Below, piece after piece: positions 26,223 through 35,794 of a stretch of 63,641 nucleotides of DNA. Made by a program: the position numbers and the translations under genes. Position 1 is the stretch's first letter, and each line of letters begins with the position of its first letter. The DNA lies in NCBI GenBank assembly GCA_045046875.1, contig JASFYY010000083.1:1-63641 (forward strand), read 5' to 3'. Below the pieces are notes generated by a model. The model was not told where the DNA came from, did not search any database, and was given only the letters and a program-made list of their open reading frames with translations. The stretch is from Verrucomicrobiota bacterium. Lineage in GTDB: Bacteria > Verrucomicrobiota > Verrucomicrobiia > Verrucomicrobiales > DEV007.

Positions 26223-28355
26223 ATGTCAGAATTAGTTATTTCAGCCGGAGTGGATTTATCGAAAGTGCGCGGTGCTTTCAGTGAAATTACGCGCCTGGGT
26301 AATGATATTGACCGGGCGACTTCTGGAAAAGGTGGGGCTTTCAAGGGGCAAATTTCTGGTGCTAAAAATGCAGGGCGTTCCTTCCGGGCGGCTGGTCAGG
26401 CGGCTGCCGCTGCCGGTGGGCAAATGACGCAAACACGATCTCGCGCTAGTCAGCTTTTTCGTGTGTTGACCACGGCGGGCAAAGCTGGTGAAGCCATTGG
26501 TGGGATCTCTCTCGGTGTCCGAACTTTGTCCAGGTGGTTTGGGCGGCTAAAAGCGAAATCTGCGCCAGCTCTTCAATCGGTAACAAAGGGAACTAAGCAG
26601 ACGGCTCAAGCTAGCAATATGGCTGCCGCTTCATCGAAGAAGTTCTACGGCCGGTTGGCGAAAGGTGCTGCCATAGCTGGCACTGCTGCGGTGGCGATTT
26701 GGGGGGTGCATAAGGCGTGGAAGGCGCTTTCGAGTGTCCGACAACCCAACTTAAAATTGCCGAAAATGCCTCGTGGCGGCGGCGGCGGTGGGCTAAAAGG
26801 CCTGTTACCAGGTTTTGCGTTGGGGGCTGGCGCTGTGGCATTGGGTGCGGGTCTTTTTGGTAGCATTAAGAAGACAGTGGGAGATGCTTTGCAGAAGGCG
26901 GCGGCTGAAGAGCAATTGCAAATCTCTTTCGAGGTATTGGCTGGTGGGCTTGCTCCAGCCAAAAAAGCGCTTGGTGAAATCCGGACATTATCTGAGAATA
27001 CGCCTCTGCGCTTTGTGGATCTTGCTGGCGCTGGTCGCAAGTTATTGGCATTTCAGGAAGATGCGGGCAAGCTGCCTGCTACTCTCAAGCGCATTGGCGA
27101 TATTTCTTCTGGTATCCAGGCACCGATTGGTGAAATTGCTGAGATTTTCGGGAAGGCTCGGGTTCAAGGAACATTGTTTGCGGAGGACATCAACCAGCTC
27201 ACGGGTCGCGGAATTCCGGTGTTGACTGAATTCGCCTCCATTCTTGGCACGACTCCTGACAAAATCAAAAAGATGGCAAGTGAGGGGCAAATCACTTTTC
27301 CGTTGTTAGAGAGAGCTTTTCAGAATCTGACCAGTGAAGGCGGCATTTTCTATAAAATGATGGAGCGGCAATCGCGGACGGTCGCCGGGCTGTGGTCAAC
27401 ATTGAAGGATAGGATTTCCGGTGCTCTCACGCAATTTGGTAAGCCTATCAATGATGCATTGCGGCCGTTGCTCAAACAAGCCGTCGAGTTGGTTGGTAAG
27501 TTAAAAGAGAAGGCTGCCAATTTTGGCAATGTCATTGCTGGGGCGATTGATAAAATCCGTGCGGCATTCCAAGTGCTTTCCGGTGGAGAGCTTTTTTCTT
27601 TGATAGGTAAAGGGTTGGAGTTGGCTTTCAAAACGGCTGTTGATTTCCTGGTGCGGGCAATGTCTGCGGTGGTGAAGTCGTTGCAAAATGCTGAATTCAT
27701 GACTGGTCTTGGTGAAAAAATCCGTGGAATGGGTGTGATGCTCAAGGATATTCTGTTGTCCGCTGTGGAAGCAAGTTTGAGGGCTTTGGGAGGGATTACG
27801 GGCGTAGGTTTACAGTTTAATACGGCTGCTACTGAGGTTAATAGCCAGCGGCTTAGGGATAAGTTTTCTGAGGATGATAGGCGAAATCGACTGCGCGAGG
27901 CGGGGGTAAAGGATGTTGATTTAGGGAAGGTTATTAAAGATAATTTTAATAGCTCAAAGGGTATATTTGGAAATGATCGCAAAGAGTTATTGGCAAGCCT
28001 GGAATCAATTATGATCCCGGTGATAGAGCAAGCTAAGCGCAACCGGGACAATCGTGAGAAAAAAGAAGATTCTACTAGGCCTGATGCAAAGCGCGATGGC
28101 TTGATCCCTACAGGCGGTGCGTCAGGGGGCGCGGGTGTCGTTGGTGCCTTTCAGCGGGCGGTGAATCTCGTGCAGGGAAAAACGATCAATGAGCAAATAG
28201 CTAAGGAAGCCACGTTCACCAATGGCTTGCTGAAGGATATGAAAAAAACGGCGGAAGATTCCAAGCGCGCAATAGATATAATTGTGGAAAACACCCGTGA
28301 CGGGAATGACGTGACCATTGAAGTGGTGCCGATTTTTGGAGAGGGTTTGGCTTAG
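26223..28355 (+). CDS. Tail tape measure protein
   Basis: EQLQISFEVLAG, TPLRF..L..AGRKLLAF, IGDISSG, EDINQLTGRGIP, IKKMASEGQITF, WSTLKD. Confidence 0.92.
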   Translation: MSELVISAGVDLSKVRGAFSEITRLGNDIDRATSGKGGAFKGQISGAKNAGRSFRAAGQAAAAAGGQMTQTRSRASQLFRVLTTAGKAGEAIGGISLGVRTLSRWFGRLKAKSAPALQSVTKGTKQTAQASNMAAASSKKFYGRLAKGAAIAGTAAVAIWGVHKAWKALSSVRQPNLKLPKMPRGGGGGGLKGLLPGFALGAGAVALGAGLFGSIKKTVGDALQKAAAEEQLQISFEVLAGGLAPAKKALGEIRTLSENTPLRFVDLAGAGRKLLAFQEDAGKLPATLKRIGDISSGIQAPIGEIAEIFGKARVQGTLFAEDINQLTGRGIPVLTEFASILGTTPDKIKKMASEGQITFPLLERAFQNLTSEGGIFYKMMERQSRTVAGLWSTLKDRISGALTQFGKPINDALRPLLKQAVELVGKLKEKAANFGNVIAGAIDKIRAAFQVLSGGELFSLIGKGLELAFKTAVDFLVRAMSAVVKSLQNAEFMTGLGEKIRGMGVMLKDILLSAVEASLRALGGITGVGLQFNTAATEVNSQRLRDKFSEDDRRNRLREAGVKDVDLGKVIKDNFNSSKGIFGNDRKELLASLESIMIPVIEQAKRNRDNREKKEDSTRPDAKRDGLIPTGGASGGAGVVGAFQRAVNLVQGKTINEQIAKEATFTNGLLKDMKKTAEDSKRAIDIIVENTRDGNDVTIEVVPIFGEGLA

Positions 28356-28361
28356 AATATT

Positions 28362-29087
28362 ATGGCAAATAAAATGATATTAGGAGGGAGCGGTGGGATC
28401 TCTGCGCGGGGGATTATTTCTCGTACCGTTTTGTTTTTGGTGGATTCTGAAGATGAGGCGATGACGTATGGCCCGGCGACGCATCTCGGGGTTCCTCAGA
28501 AGCCAGGCGGCCGGACGTGGGTTCCTACTAAGGCATCAAAATACAAGCTCACGGTGATTTATGAGGGATTGCTTGAAGAAGGAGATCCGGAGGCACCCGA
28601 AAATTTCACATGGCTGCCGTCCCGGTCTGAAGAGGCTATTGAAACGCACCCTGAAATCCAAAAGCTGGTGGAAAAATACCAGGGGACGCGCGTGGAAGGT
28701 AAAGTTGTTTTTCCTCCGTGGTTGGCGGCTGGTCAAGGTAAGGACAATATAAACAACGGGCTTCCCGGGAGAAATATTCCCGGGCCTGCCGGTGCAACTC
28801 CGAATCCTATGGTTGGCCGTGAGAGCTATTTGCTGCAAACTGGAGTTTGGCGGTGGAATCTGGTCACGAAAAGCAAGCCCAACTCTTGGATCAGAAAAAA
28901 CGGTAGTATTGTAAAGAGTGTGCCTGGCGGTATGGATACACCCAAAGATCATGACTGGTTGGTGATGTTCGGGCCGATGGTCACGCGTGGATCTGGTGAT
29001 GCTCTTGCTTATGAATCTAAGGTGGATTTTTTATTGTCGGAAGAAGGTGGTTTTCCTCCTTCCCAGTGGATTTTGAAGAACGCCTAA
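28362..29087 (+). CDS. Distal tail-like protein (by position)
   Basis: Follows the tape measure; SEEAIETHP, GRESYL. Confidence 0.55.
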   Translation: MANKMILGGSGGISARGIISRTVLFLVDSEDEAMTYGPATHLGVPQKPGGRTWVPTKASKYKLTVIYEGLLEEGDPEAPENFTWLPSRSEEAIETHPEIQKLVEKYQGTRVEGKVVFPPWLAAGQGKDNINNGLPGRNIPGPAGATPNPMVGRESYLLQTGVWRWNLVTKSKPNSWIRKNGSIVKSVPGGMDTPKDHDWLVMFGPMVTRGSGDALAYESKVDFLLSEEGGFPPSQWILKNA

Positions 29088-29797
29088 AAGATCTCATGCC
29101 TATATTTCCTGAAGAGTTGAAGGCCGTCGAAGGCCGTGCTATTCCGCCTGCGTGGGTTGGTTTGGGTGATTGGGTTGATGAATTTCCAGTTCCGAAGGCT
29201 CCTCCTGATGTGCGGGTGCGTGAACTCCCTGGGGAAACCATTTTTTTCAAACCGCCTCGCTCCCCTGCTTGGATTCATCCGTTCCGTGTGTTTATAAGTG
29301 GGACAGAGGCGACCGTGCGCCCCGGCTTACTGAATCTGGAAATGCCGAGAATGGGAACTGAGAATCTGACTCTAAATGGCCTGGATGAATCCGGTGATGA
29401 TGCGGGTCGCGTGCCTGTATTGGAATTGTTGGGTCAGCGGTATGGTGGTAGCGGCCCTGATCGCCGGTCGTTTATTTGCCTGCGGGTTGTGGTTGATTTG
29501 GAAAGTGGTGAGCCTGAAAAAGATGCCAGTCCGTTGGGTTTCCTTACGGTTGTCCACCGGCCGGATTTACCGGAAGGTTTTCATTCCGGTGGGATGCCTG
29601 AAATTTTGGAAGATGATAAAACCATAGGGTTGTGGCCGTTGGCAGTATTATATTGGAATGAGGATGGAGATTTGATTAGTCAAGTCATCCAGAATTGCAT
29701 CCATAATCAGCAACACCGCTATGCACGAGGGGTCGCCATCGATGGGAGTGAGTCAGAATTAAAGCCGGGCAGGCATTGGTTTTTCGGAGCGGATTGA
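29066..29797 (+). CDS. Tail tip protein
   Basis: Tail module; HPFRV..VRPG.LN motif shared with the next gene. Confidence 0.55.
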   Translation: MDFEERLKDLMPIFPEELKAVEGRAIPPAWVGLGDWVDEFPVPKAPPDVRVRELPGETIFFKPPRSPAWIHPFRVFISGTEATVRPGLLNLEMPRMGTENLTLNGLDESGDDAGRVPVLELLGQRYGGSGPDRRSFICLRVVVDLESGEPEKDASPLGFLTVVHRPDLPEGFHSGGMPEILEDDKTIGLWPLAVLYWNEDGDLISQVIQNCIHNQQHRYARGVAIDGSESELKPGRHWFFGAD

Positions 29798-30814
29798 GTG
29801 ATCATGGCTGAGCGCATAAACATCCCGGTTATTTCTGCCCCTGCATGGAATGAGTTGCTTGTCCGGTTAGCGGGTAAGCTTAATATCACTTATGCGGGGC
29901 GACGCGATACGAAAGTATTCCGGCATCCGTGGAATACGCTTGCTCGGTATGATCCGTTCAAGAGCGCTTGGGAAATCAATATCCAGCCTGGGATGGTGAA
30001 TGCTCAAGATGTCGATGCACCTCCGATAAATCGGGTAGATGCACCTGATGTAACTCAAGAGCGTGATTCGGCGGATAAGGTGCGGCCGTGGTTGGTTGAG
30101 GCTCCGTGGATTTCGTTGCCTGGCATTTCGTGGCGCAAACTAGGGACGGACGCATCTGGGCTTGGGGACACTGAGGGGGTGCCTTTGTTTTTTCAGGCTT
30201 TAGGGGTCGGGATGCCTCCTCGGGAGGATTTAGAGATCGCGGGTTCGGGGGTGTCGATCACTGTAGATCCTCTCCCTGATGGAGTAGAGGACGAGGTTCG
30301 ATTGCTACGTGCTGCCGATGTGGTTCTTTCTATACCTAAGCCAACAGCGGTAGCTGAATCGGTGGAGGATGGTTCTAAGATCTCCTTTGCTTTTACGATC
30401 CGGCCAGCACCTCCAGGAAATCCTTCGATTTATGTGACGCCGCGATTTGATCCTGAAGATGAAGATCCTACAGCTCAAGAGCAAATATTGACTGGTCGGG
30501 GTGGTTCGTCTGCGGTGAAGCGGGTGGTGGCTACTTTGTTCTTGGTCTCCCCTGCTGGGGCTGAGAAGGGTTCTGATCCTGATCATACGTGGATTCCATT
30601 TGTCCGGCATTATTTGTTCTATAATCTTGCTTTTTCACACAAAGCTACGATCACAAATTTTCCTCCATTGGAATTGGAATTGCCTACGGGTCTGGCCGGT
30701 GGAGTTGCAGATGGGATTTTTCAGCGGCAGCTTGCCGATATAAATCAAGCGGATGCTGGGCTGGCTCAAGCATTGAGCAATGCATCTGTGCGAACTGATA
30801 TTTGGTCTGTCTAG
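29798..30814 (+). CDS. Tail tip protein
   Basis: Tail module; HPW..IQPGMVN. Confidence 0.55.
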   Translation: MIMAERINIPVISAPAWNELLVRLAGKLNITYAGRRDTKVFRHPWNTLARYDPFKSAWEINIQPGMVNAQDVDAPPINRVDAPDVTQERDSADKVRPWLVEAPWISLPGISWRKLGTDASGLGDTEGVPLFFQALGVGMPPREDLEIAGSGVSITVDPLPDGVEDEVRLLRAADVVLSIPKPTAVAESVEDGSKISFAFTIRPAPPGNPSIYVTPRFDPEDEDPTAQEQILTGRGGSSAVKRVVATLFLVSPAGAEKGSDPDHTWIPFVRHYLFYNLAFSHKATITNFPPLELELPTGLAGGVADGIFQRQLADINQADAGLAQALSNASVRTDIWSV

Positions 30815-30842
30815 TGATCAAACCCGGGTTTGATCACTGAAT
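30811..30842. repeat. 32-bp element containing a perfect 26-bp palindrome (copy 2)
   Basis: Identical to 16534-16565. Confidence 0.95.
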
Positions 30843-30853
30843 GAGGAACTACG

Positions 30854-31024
30854 ATGAAGGATTACGGATTAGATAAAGGGCGGCGACTAGCGGCCGAGCG
30901 TGAGGCGGCACGAAATGAGGAAAAGCAAAAGGTGAGATTAGAGCCTGGATTCCCTTATGAAGTTATTCCTCCATCTTTTGATTTCATGGATTTCTCGACA
31001 AATCCGCAAAAGGTAGAAAAATAA
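30854..31024 (+). CDS. Small hypothetical protein (56 aa, not in the ORF track)
   Basis: MKDYGLDKGRRLAAERE...LEPGFPYEVIPPSFDF...*; preceded by GAGGA. Confidence 0.5.
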   Translation: MKDYGLDKGRRLAAEREAARNEEKQKVRLEPGFPYEVIPPSFDFMDFSTNPQKVEK

Positions 31025-31048
31025 ATGCTCTTTAAGGGGATTTATTTC

Positions 31049-31077
31049 TTGCGCTATATACTCTTCTGGGGTATATA
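31049..31077 (+). promoter_or_regulatory. sigma70 promoter with overlapping inverted-repeat operator for the TA operon (likely leaderless)
   Basis: TTGCGC-17 nt-TATATA, 7 nt before ATG 31085; TATATAC/GTATATA inverted repeat. Confidence 0.65.
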
Positions 31078-31084
31078 TACATAG

Positions 31085-31402
31085 ATGACAAAAATAAGCT
31101 TTGATGAACTACCTGAATTTACTAAAAAGGTGAACTCCGTCCTTGGTGATGACGATGAGTTGATGGAGCTGCAAATGGCTCTCGTGGGAAATCCAGAACA
31201 AGGAGTTGTGATCCCTGGAACCCAAGGGTTGAGAAAATTACGTTGGGCTAGCTCAGGCAAGGGTAAGCGTGGTGGGGCAAGGGTCATTTACTATTATTGG
31301 GTGAATAATAGTTTGATCACGCTTTGTGAGATTTATAAAAAAACGGACAAGGTTGATCTTGATAAAAAGAAATACAAAGCCATCCGGGCTGCTTTGGAAT
31401 AG
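31085..31402 (+). CDS. higB: RelE/HigB-2-type toxin
   Basis: GVVIPGTQGLRKLRW...GKGKRGGARVIYY; toxin-first gene order. Confidence 0.9.
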   Translation: MTKISFDELPEFTKKVNSVLGDDDELMELQMALVGNPEQGVVIPGTQGLRKLRWASSGKGKRGGARVIYYYWVNNSLITLCEIYKKTDKVDLDKKKYKAIRAALE

Positions 31403-31420
31403 GTCGGATGAAAGGGTTTT

Positions 31421-31825
31421 GTGCATCGTGATAATGAAATGATATTGAAAATACTGAATGAAATGAAAAAATCTCAAATAAACGAAATGGAACAAAAGGC
31501 TCACGCTGTCATGCGTGGGGAAAAAGCACCTTCCCGCTCATGGGAGCTTAGCCAGAAAGCTGACGGTAGCTGGGAACGAGTGGCCATCGATCCAAAAACA
31601 GCTCAGCTTGACCGCGCCCGGGCGTGGGAGGCAAAGAGCCGAGTGGCTAAAATTCGTGCAAAGTTAAACCTTACCCAGACGGCTTTCGCCGACTTGCTGG
31701 GGATACCTGTAAAAACTCTACGAAAATGGGAGGGTGAGGAAACGAAACCTAGTGGCCCGGCTCAGACCTTGCTAAAAATCGCGGAGCGGAGGCCTGATGT
31801 GCTGCTTGAGCTTCAGGAAGCCTAA
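31421..31825 (+). CDS. higA: HigA-type XRE HTH antitoxin (start uncertain)
   Basis: IRAKLNLTQTAFADLLGIPVKTLRKWE...PSGPAQTLLKIA..P. Confidence 0.88.
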   Translation: MHRDNEMILKILNEMKKSQINEMEQKAHAVMRGEKAPSRSWELSQKADGSWERVAIDPKTAQLDRARAWEAKSRVAKIRAKLNLTQTAFADLLGIPVKTLRKWEGEETKPSGPAQTLLKIAERRPDVLLELQEA

Positions 31826-31839
31826 AAGATAAAATCTGA

Positions 31840-31872
31840 AAAGCCGATGCTCGGGAGAGTGTCGGCTTTTTT
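31840..31872 (+). terminator. Intrinsic terminator after the TA module
   Basis: aagccgatgctc-ggga-gagtgtcggctt followed by a T run. Confidence 0.8.
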
Positions 31873-31898
31873 GTGGCGTTTGACTTGCGTGGATTTGC

Positions 31899-34388
31899 GT
31901 GGATTCCCTTCTTTACGCAAACATTGGCCGCCAGACTCTTTCTGAGACTCTGGATGGCAGCAAATTCAGTTGGCCGTCGTTTGTGGTGGGTGGCGAGGTG
32001 TATTTTGGTTTGCGCTTCGCTCGGCGGCGTGATGGCAAAAACCGGGTGGTTGATTTGGATGTGGTTGATGCATATGCCGCAGTTGGCCGTTGGGATGTTC
32101 GTCCGTCAACTGGCGAAACACGATTGCAGATTGGAGCTGATCCACAAGTCAATGGCAGCAACACTACCGCGCCGATTGCTGCGGACATCTCCGCAGCCGA
32201 TTTGGAAATAGCAATCAATGCGGTGACGGATGTGGGAACCACCTATCCGTTGGCATCTGTGGTGATGGACAATGGGAGTTATTTGGTGGTCTTTGAGGGC
32301 TCTGCGGACAAGGTGCCTATCAAGGCGGTAGAAAATGAATTCTGCCCGATTTCTTTGGTGCAGGTGATCGAGTATCAGAAAGATACGGAATGGTATCATG
32401 CTATCCGTTTTATCCAGGCGCCAGGTGCTTTCGCTGATGGAGCTGAATTGATCGTTCCCGATGAGCCTTTCTTTGTGCAGGTAAAGCCTGGTAGTGACAT
32501 CGACGGGGTGAAAAAAAATGAGGTGCAAGCTTTGGTTCGGCCTTCTGATTTCCGGGGTAATTTTGAAATTGTGCGAGCTTTGCAGCCTTCCAAACCGTTA
32601 TCGAATGCTGATGGGGTAGAGCAAATCCAAGCCGCTTTGGTTCCATTGGCGGATGACGGGGGTTTGTTTGAAGTGAGCAATCCGATCACTGATGAGGCAT
32701 GGATTGAGTTTGCTGGTTCGATGGGTGGAACCGGGCAAGATTTGCTTACGATCAATGTCCCGCGTGCGCCGGGTGGCGATCACTGGATGTCACTGGATTT
32801 GAGTAATGCTGAAATGTTTGCGTTAGTGCGTGAGAAAAATGAAGTGAAGGTGCCTTTTCACATTCATATTCTTTATCGTGATCCTAAAGATGCGAACGTG
32901 ATTCGGCGCTGGGATTATATCGATGAGATTACGCTGCTTCGGTCTGTGTATTTTACGGGTATGGAAGTGGCTGCGAATATCGATTTTCTGAAGCCTGATA
33001 AAAGCTCTTATGTTCCCACGCCGGTTGGTTCCATCGTGACGGGATCTCAATTCTACGTTTCTGATTTCCCTAAATCTGTCGATGTGGGGGCGGCGAGTTT
33101 TATCCACACTCATGATTTGGGAACTGCTAATGGCTTGGTGGCGGTGAGATTAAACTCTGGCAATGGTGATCTGTTGGTGCTTGGCACTGATTACGCTGTA
33201 AAATTTGATAATGATAATCAGCTCACTGTAGATCTTTTGCCTGGCGGATATTTCGCTGATCCTGTAGTGCCTGTTGGCGATCCTACCAGTTTTTCGCGGA
33301 CTGCTGGTGGCACGATTGCGGCGCTCGGGGCTCTTGCTATTACTTTTGAGACTGCCGGGCCACGCTCTGCGTTATTGGCTCACACTCAGGCTATAGCTAC
33401 GGTTGATGGGTTGACGGATGCTTTGGCGGTGATGGCGACGGATATTGCTGCTTTGAAGCTGCTTGCCCCTGGAGGTGGTTTGGCTGCTAAAGTTGCCGGT
33501 CGGGTATCTTATGCAGATTGGGAGTTCCCGGATGTGTTCCGGCTTTACCCTGTGCTTGGTGATGTGGTTGTGCCGGAATCGGGCAGCTTTGCTGATGTGG
33601 ACATGTTTGACATTTTTCCGGGCGGGTTATTACCTGCTGTGCATGATGCCGCTACGGAGGATGTGGTTCCCCTGTTGGTATTGGGGGATTTGCCTGATCC
33701 TGCTGATGTTTATCGTGGGCGGGTATTTGAAAACACTGGTGCGGTCGATATTGATATTTTCGGAGGCGGTGGTCACCGGTCTGATGTTCTCCGGGCAGGT
33801 GAGTTCGTGGCATGTGATGGCGAGATATGGTATCGCGTGGAGGTCTTCACTGGTGAATCGAGTTATTATCCTGTGAGTTTCAACCACACTTTTTTCGAAA
33901 TACCTATTACTGCGAAACAACTGCGCATCGGCCGGCAGTTTTTATCAGACTTTGCATTCAAGGTGCAAATGATAAATTCTGAGTCTTCGGCATCGTGTGT
34001 GTTTGTGGCAGAGCTTGGTGTAGGATCTCAAGATAGCGCTCCTGGGACGCCTGGGAAGAATTTGAAAGATGTGGAATGGGATTTGGACACGCCAGCGCTA
34101 AGTCATCAAGTTATGATTGGTCGCGAGGTAGGTATCCATCGTTTCGGGTCTATCATAAAAAATGAGCTTACCGGTGGCATATCCTTCGACAGCGTGCTGT
34201 ATGGGGCAGTTGAGGCTGGTGCTAGCGTTCCGGCGACGGCTGACTTTTGGCTACGTTACCGTCTGATACGATTTGATACCGAAAACAGTAAACCTAATCC
34301 TGAAGGCATCCTTGGGCTTGCCGGGCCTCGCGCGGTGTTGGATTCACAAAAGCCTGATCCGAACCTGGGATTTGCCTCGATCAACTAA
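31899..34388 (+). CDS. Large tail/baseplate protein
   Basis: 829 aa, beta-rich; TAPIAADISAADLEIAINA and NEVQ motifs typical of virion proteins. Confidence 0.6.
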   Translation: MDSLLYANIGRQTLSETLDGSKFSWPSFVVGGEVYFGLRFARRRDGKNRVVDLDVVDAYAAVGRWDVRPSTGETRLQIGADPQVNGSNTTAPIAADISAADLEIAINAVTDVGTTYPLASVVMDNGSYLVVFEGSADKVPIKAVENEFCPISLVQVIEYQKDTEWYHAIRFIQAPGAFADGAELIVPDEPFFVQVKPGSDIDGVKKNEVQALVRPSDFRGNFEIVRALQPSKPLSNADGVEQIQAALVPLADDGGLFEVSNPITDEAWIEFAGSMGGTGQDLLTINVPRAPGGDHWMSLDLSNAEMFALVREKNEVKVPFHIHILYRDPKDANVIRRWDYIDEITLLRSVYFTGMEVAANIDFLKPDKSSYVPTPVGSIVTGSQFYVSDFPKSVDVGAASFIHTHDLGTANGLVAVRLNSGNGDLLVLGTDYAVKFDNDNQLTVDLLPGGYFADPVVPVGDPTSFSRTAGGTIAALGALAITFETAGPRSALLAHTQAIATVDGLTDALAVMATDIAALKLLAPGGGLAAKVAGRVSYADWEFPDVFRLYPVLGDVVVPESGSFADVDMFDIFPGGLLPAVHDAATEDVVPLLVLGDLPDPADVYRGRVFENTGAVDIDIFGGGGHRSDVLRAGEFVACDGEIWYRVEVFTGESSYYPVSFNHTFFEIPITAKQLRIGRQFLSDFAFKVQMINSESSASCVFVAELGVGSQDSAPGTPGKNLKDVEWDLDTPALSHQVMIGREVGIHRFGSIIKNELTGGISFDSVLYGAVEAGASVPATADFWLRYRLIRFDTENSKPNPEGILGLAGPRAVLDSQKPDPNLGFASIN

Positions 34389-34393
34389 TAGTT

Positions 34394-35794
34394 ATGGCTG
34401 GAAATAATCAACTGATGCAGGCGCTCTCGGTGGGGGTGGACATTGATCTGAGCACTTGGAAGGTGATTTTCCCGGATGTGGCGCTGCCTCCGTTGGCTGT
34501 GGATCAAGAAGTTCCGGCTGGTGAGTTCCCTGGAGAAACTAAGCCTGTTTCCGATGTTTTACAGTCTAATTATTCATCGCTTAATCCTGCTGTCACTCGT
34601 GACTTGGTGGCGTGTGCGGTTAGCTACGGGGATCTAAATGCGCCATTTGCTTTAGGATTCCGCAAGGCCGGGCAGTTGATAGCGGCCACCCCTTCAGCGG
34701 CGACCTTGCAAATTGTTGAATTTATGGGTGAACGCGCCCTGGATCTCAATGATGGTTCCCTGGCGGTGATGAGCGATGTGGAGGGTGTGCGATACCGTAT
34801 GATGTTGGATCTAACAGCAAAGCGGATTCGTTCCATCGTCGCTGGGAGGATGAAATCTAAGACTGCTTTCGTGGATGCAAAGGCGGTGATAAATGTGGTA
34901 ATCCCCTTTACTCCCGCAGGCGATGCGGTGGCGGTTAGCAGCGATACTTTCGATATGGTGCATAACCAGGCGACGACAAAAGATCTAACGATCAATCTGC
35001 CGAATCAGGCGAATAGCACAACGGTGGCTTATGATGTTGAGGTGATGGTAAACATTCCCGCGTCTGACTTCGCTGCTCGTTATGCGGTGATCAATACAAC
35101 TATTGACGTTACTCGCAACGGAAGCGGAGTTTTTACAGCGGCGGTGGTCACTGGAGATAATGTGGCAACGGGCGAAGCATTTCCTGTGGTTGCGGCGGAT
35201 CAGCGGACATTCTCGGATTACAAACATGATTTGGGTATCAGTGTCGCGGTCAATGGATCGAATGGCATCATCATCGCTACGACGGTGGACACGGAAAACT
35301 ATACTAATGTGAGGGCGATAGAGAGCACTTGGTCTGCTGGGGTGTCGCTGGATGGCTCGGGGCGACCTACAGCGAGTCAGAAATTTGATATTTGGTATAA
35401 CGGCATCAATTCTGGACATACTAATTGGCTATCAACCGGCCAAAGAGCTTGGAGTAGTTATCAAACTTTTGAGACTTGGATGCTCGCGGACATCGCGGGT
35501 GCGGTGGCTTTGAGTGATCTTGATTTCAAGGTTTTTGCGGATGATAATGGGATGCAACTGGTTCTAAAGCCTGCTGATTTGGCAAACAATTACAGTGCGG
35601 ATTTTGATAAGTTTTCACTCAAGCTGCAAGAACTGCCTGGCTCTAATTTTACTGCTACGAATTGGGATGGGGAAACGTATCCCGGATGCTTTGTTTCTGC
35701 GTTGGTTTCTACTCCTGCCTCTGGATACGATGCGGTGACGATCAAGCGGAAAACTCAACCATTCATCCTTCGTATATTTTTAGGGCTGGATTGA
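34394..35794 (+). CDS. Putative tail fibre/receptor-binding protein
   Basis: Last tail gene; Thr/Val/Asn-rich. Confidence 0.5.
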   Translation: MAGNNQLMQALSVGVDIDLSTWKVIFPDVALPPLAVDQEVPAGEFPGETKPVSDVLQSNYSSLNPAVTRDLVACAVSYGDLNAPFALGFRKAGQLIAATPSAATLQIVEFMGERALDLNDGSLAVMSDVEGVRYRMMLDLTAKRIRSIVAGRMKSKTAFVDAKAVINVVIPFTPAGDAVAVSSDTFDMVHNQATTKDLTINLPNQANSTTVAYDVEVMVNIPASDFAARYAVINTTIDVTRNGSGVFTAAVVTGDNVATGEAFPVVAADQRTFSDYKHDLGISVAVNGSNGIIIATTVDTENYTNVRAIESTWSAGVSLDGSGRPTASQKFDIWYNGINSGHTNWLSTGQRAWSSYQTFETWMLADIAGAVALSDLDFKVFADDNGMQLVLKPADLANNYSADFDKFSLKLQELPGSNFTATNWDGETYPGCFVSALVSTPASGYDAVTIKRKTQPFILRIFLGLD

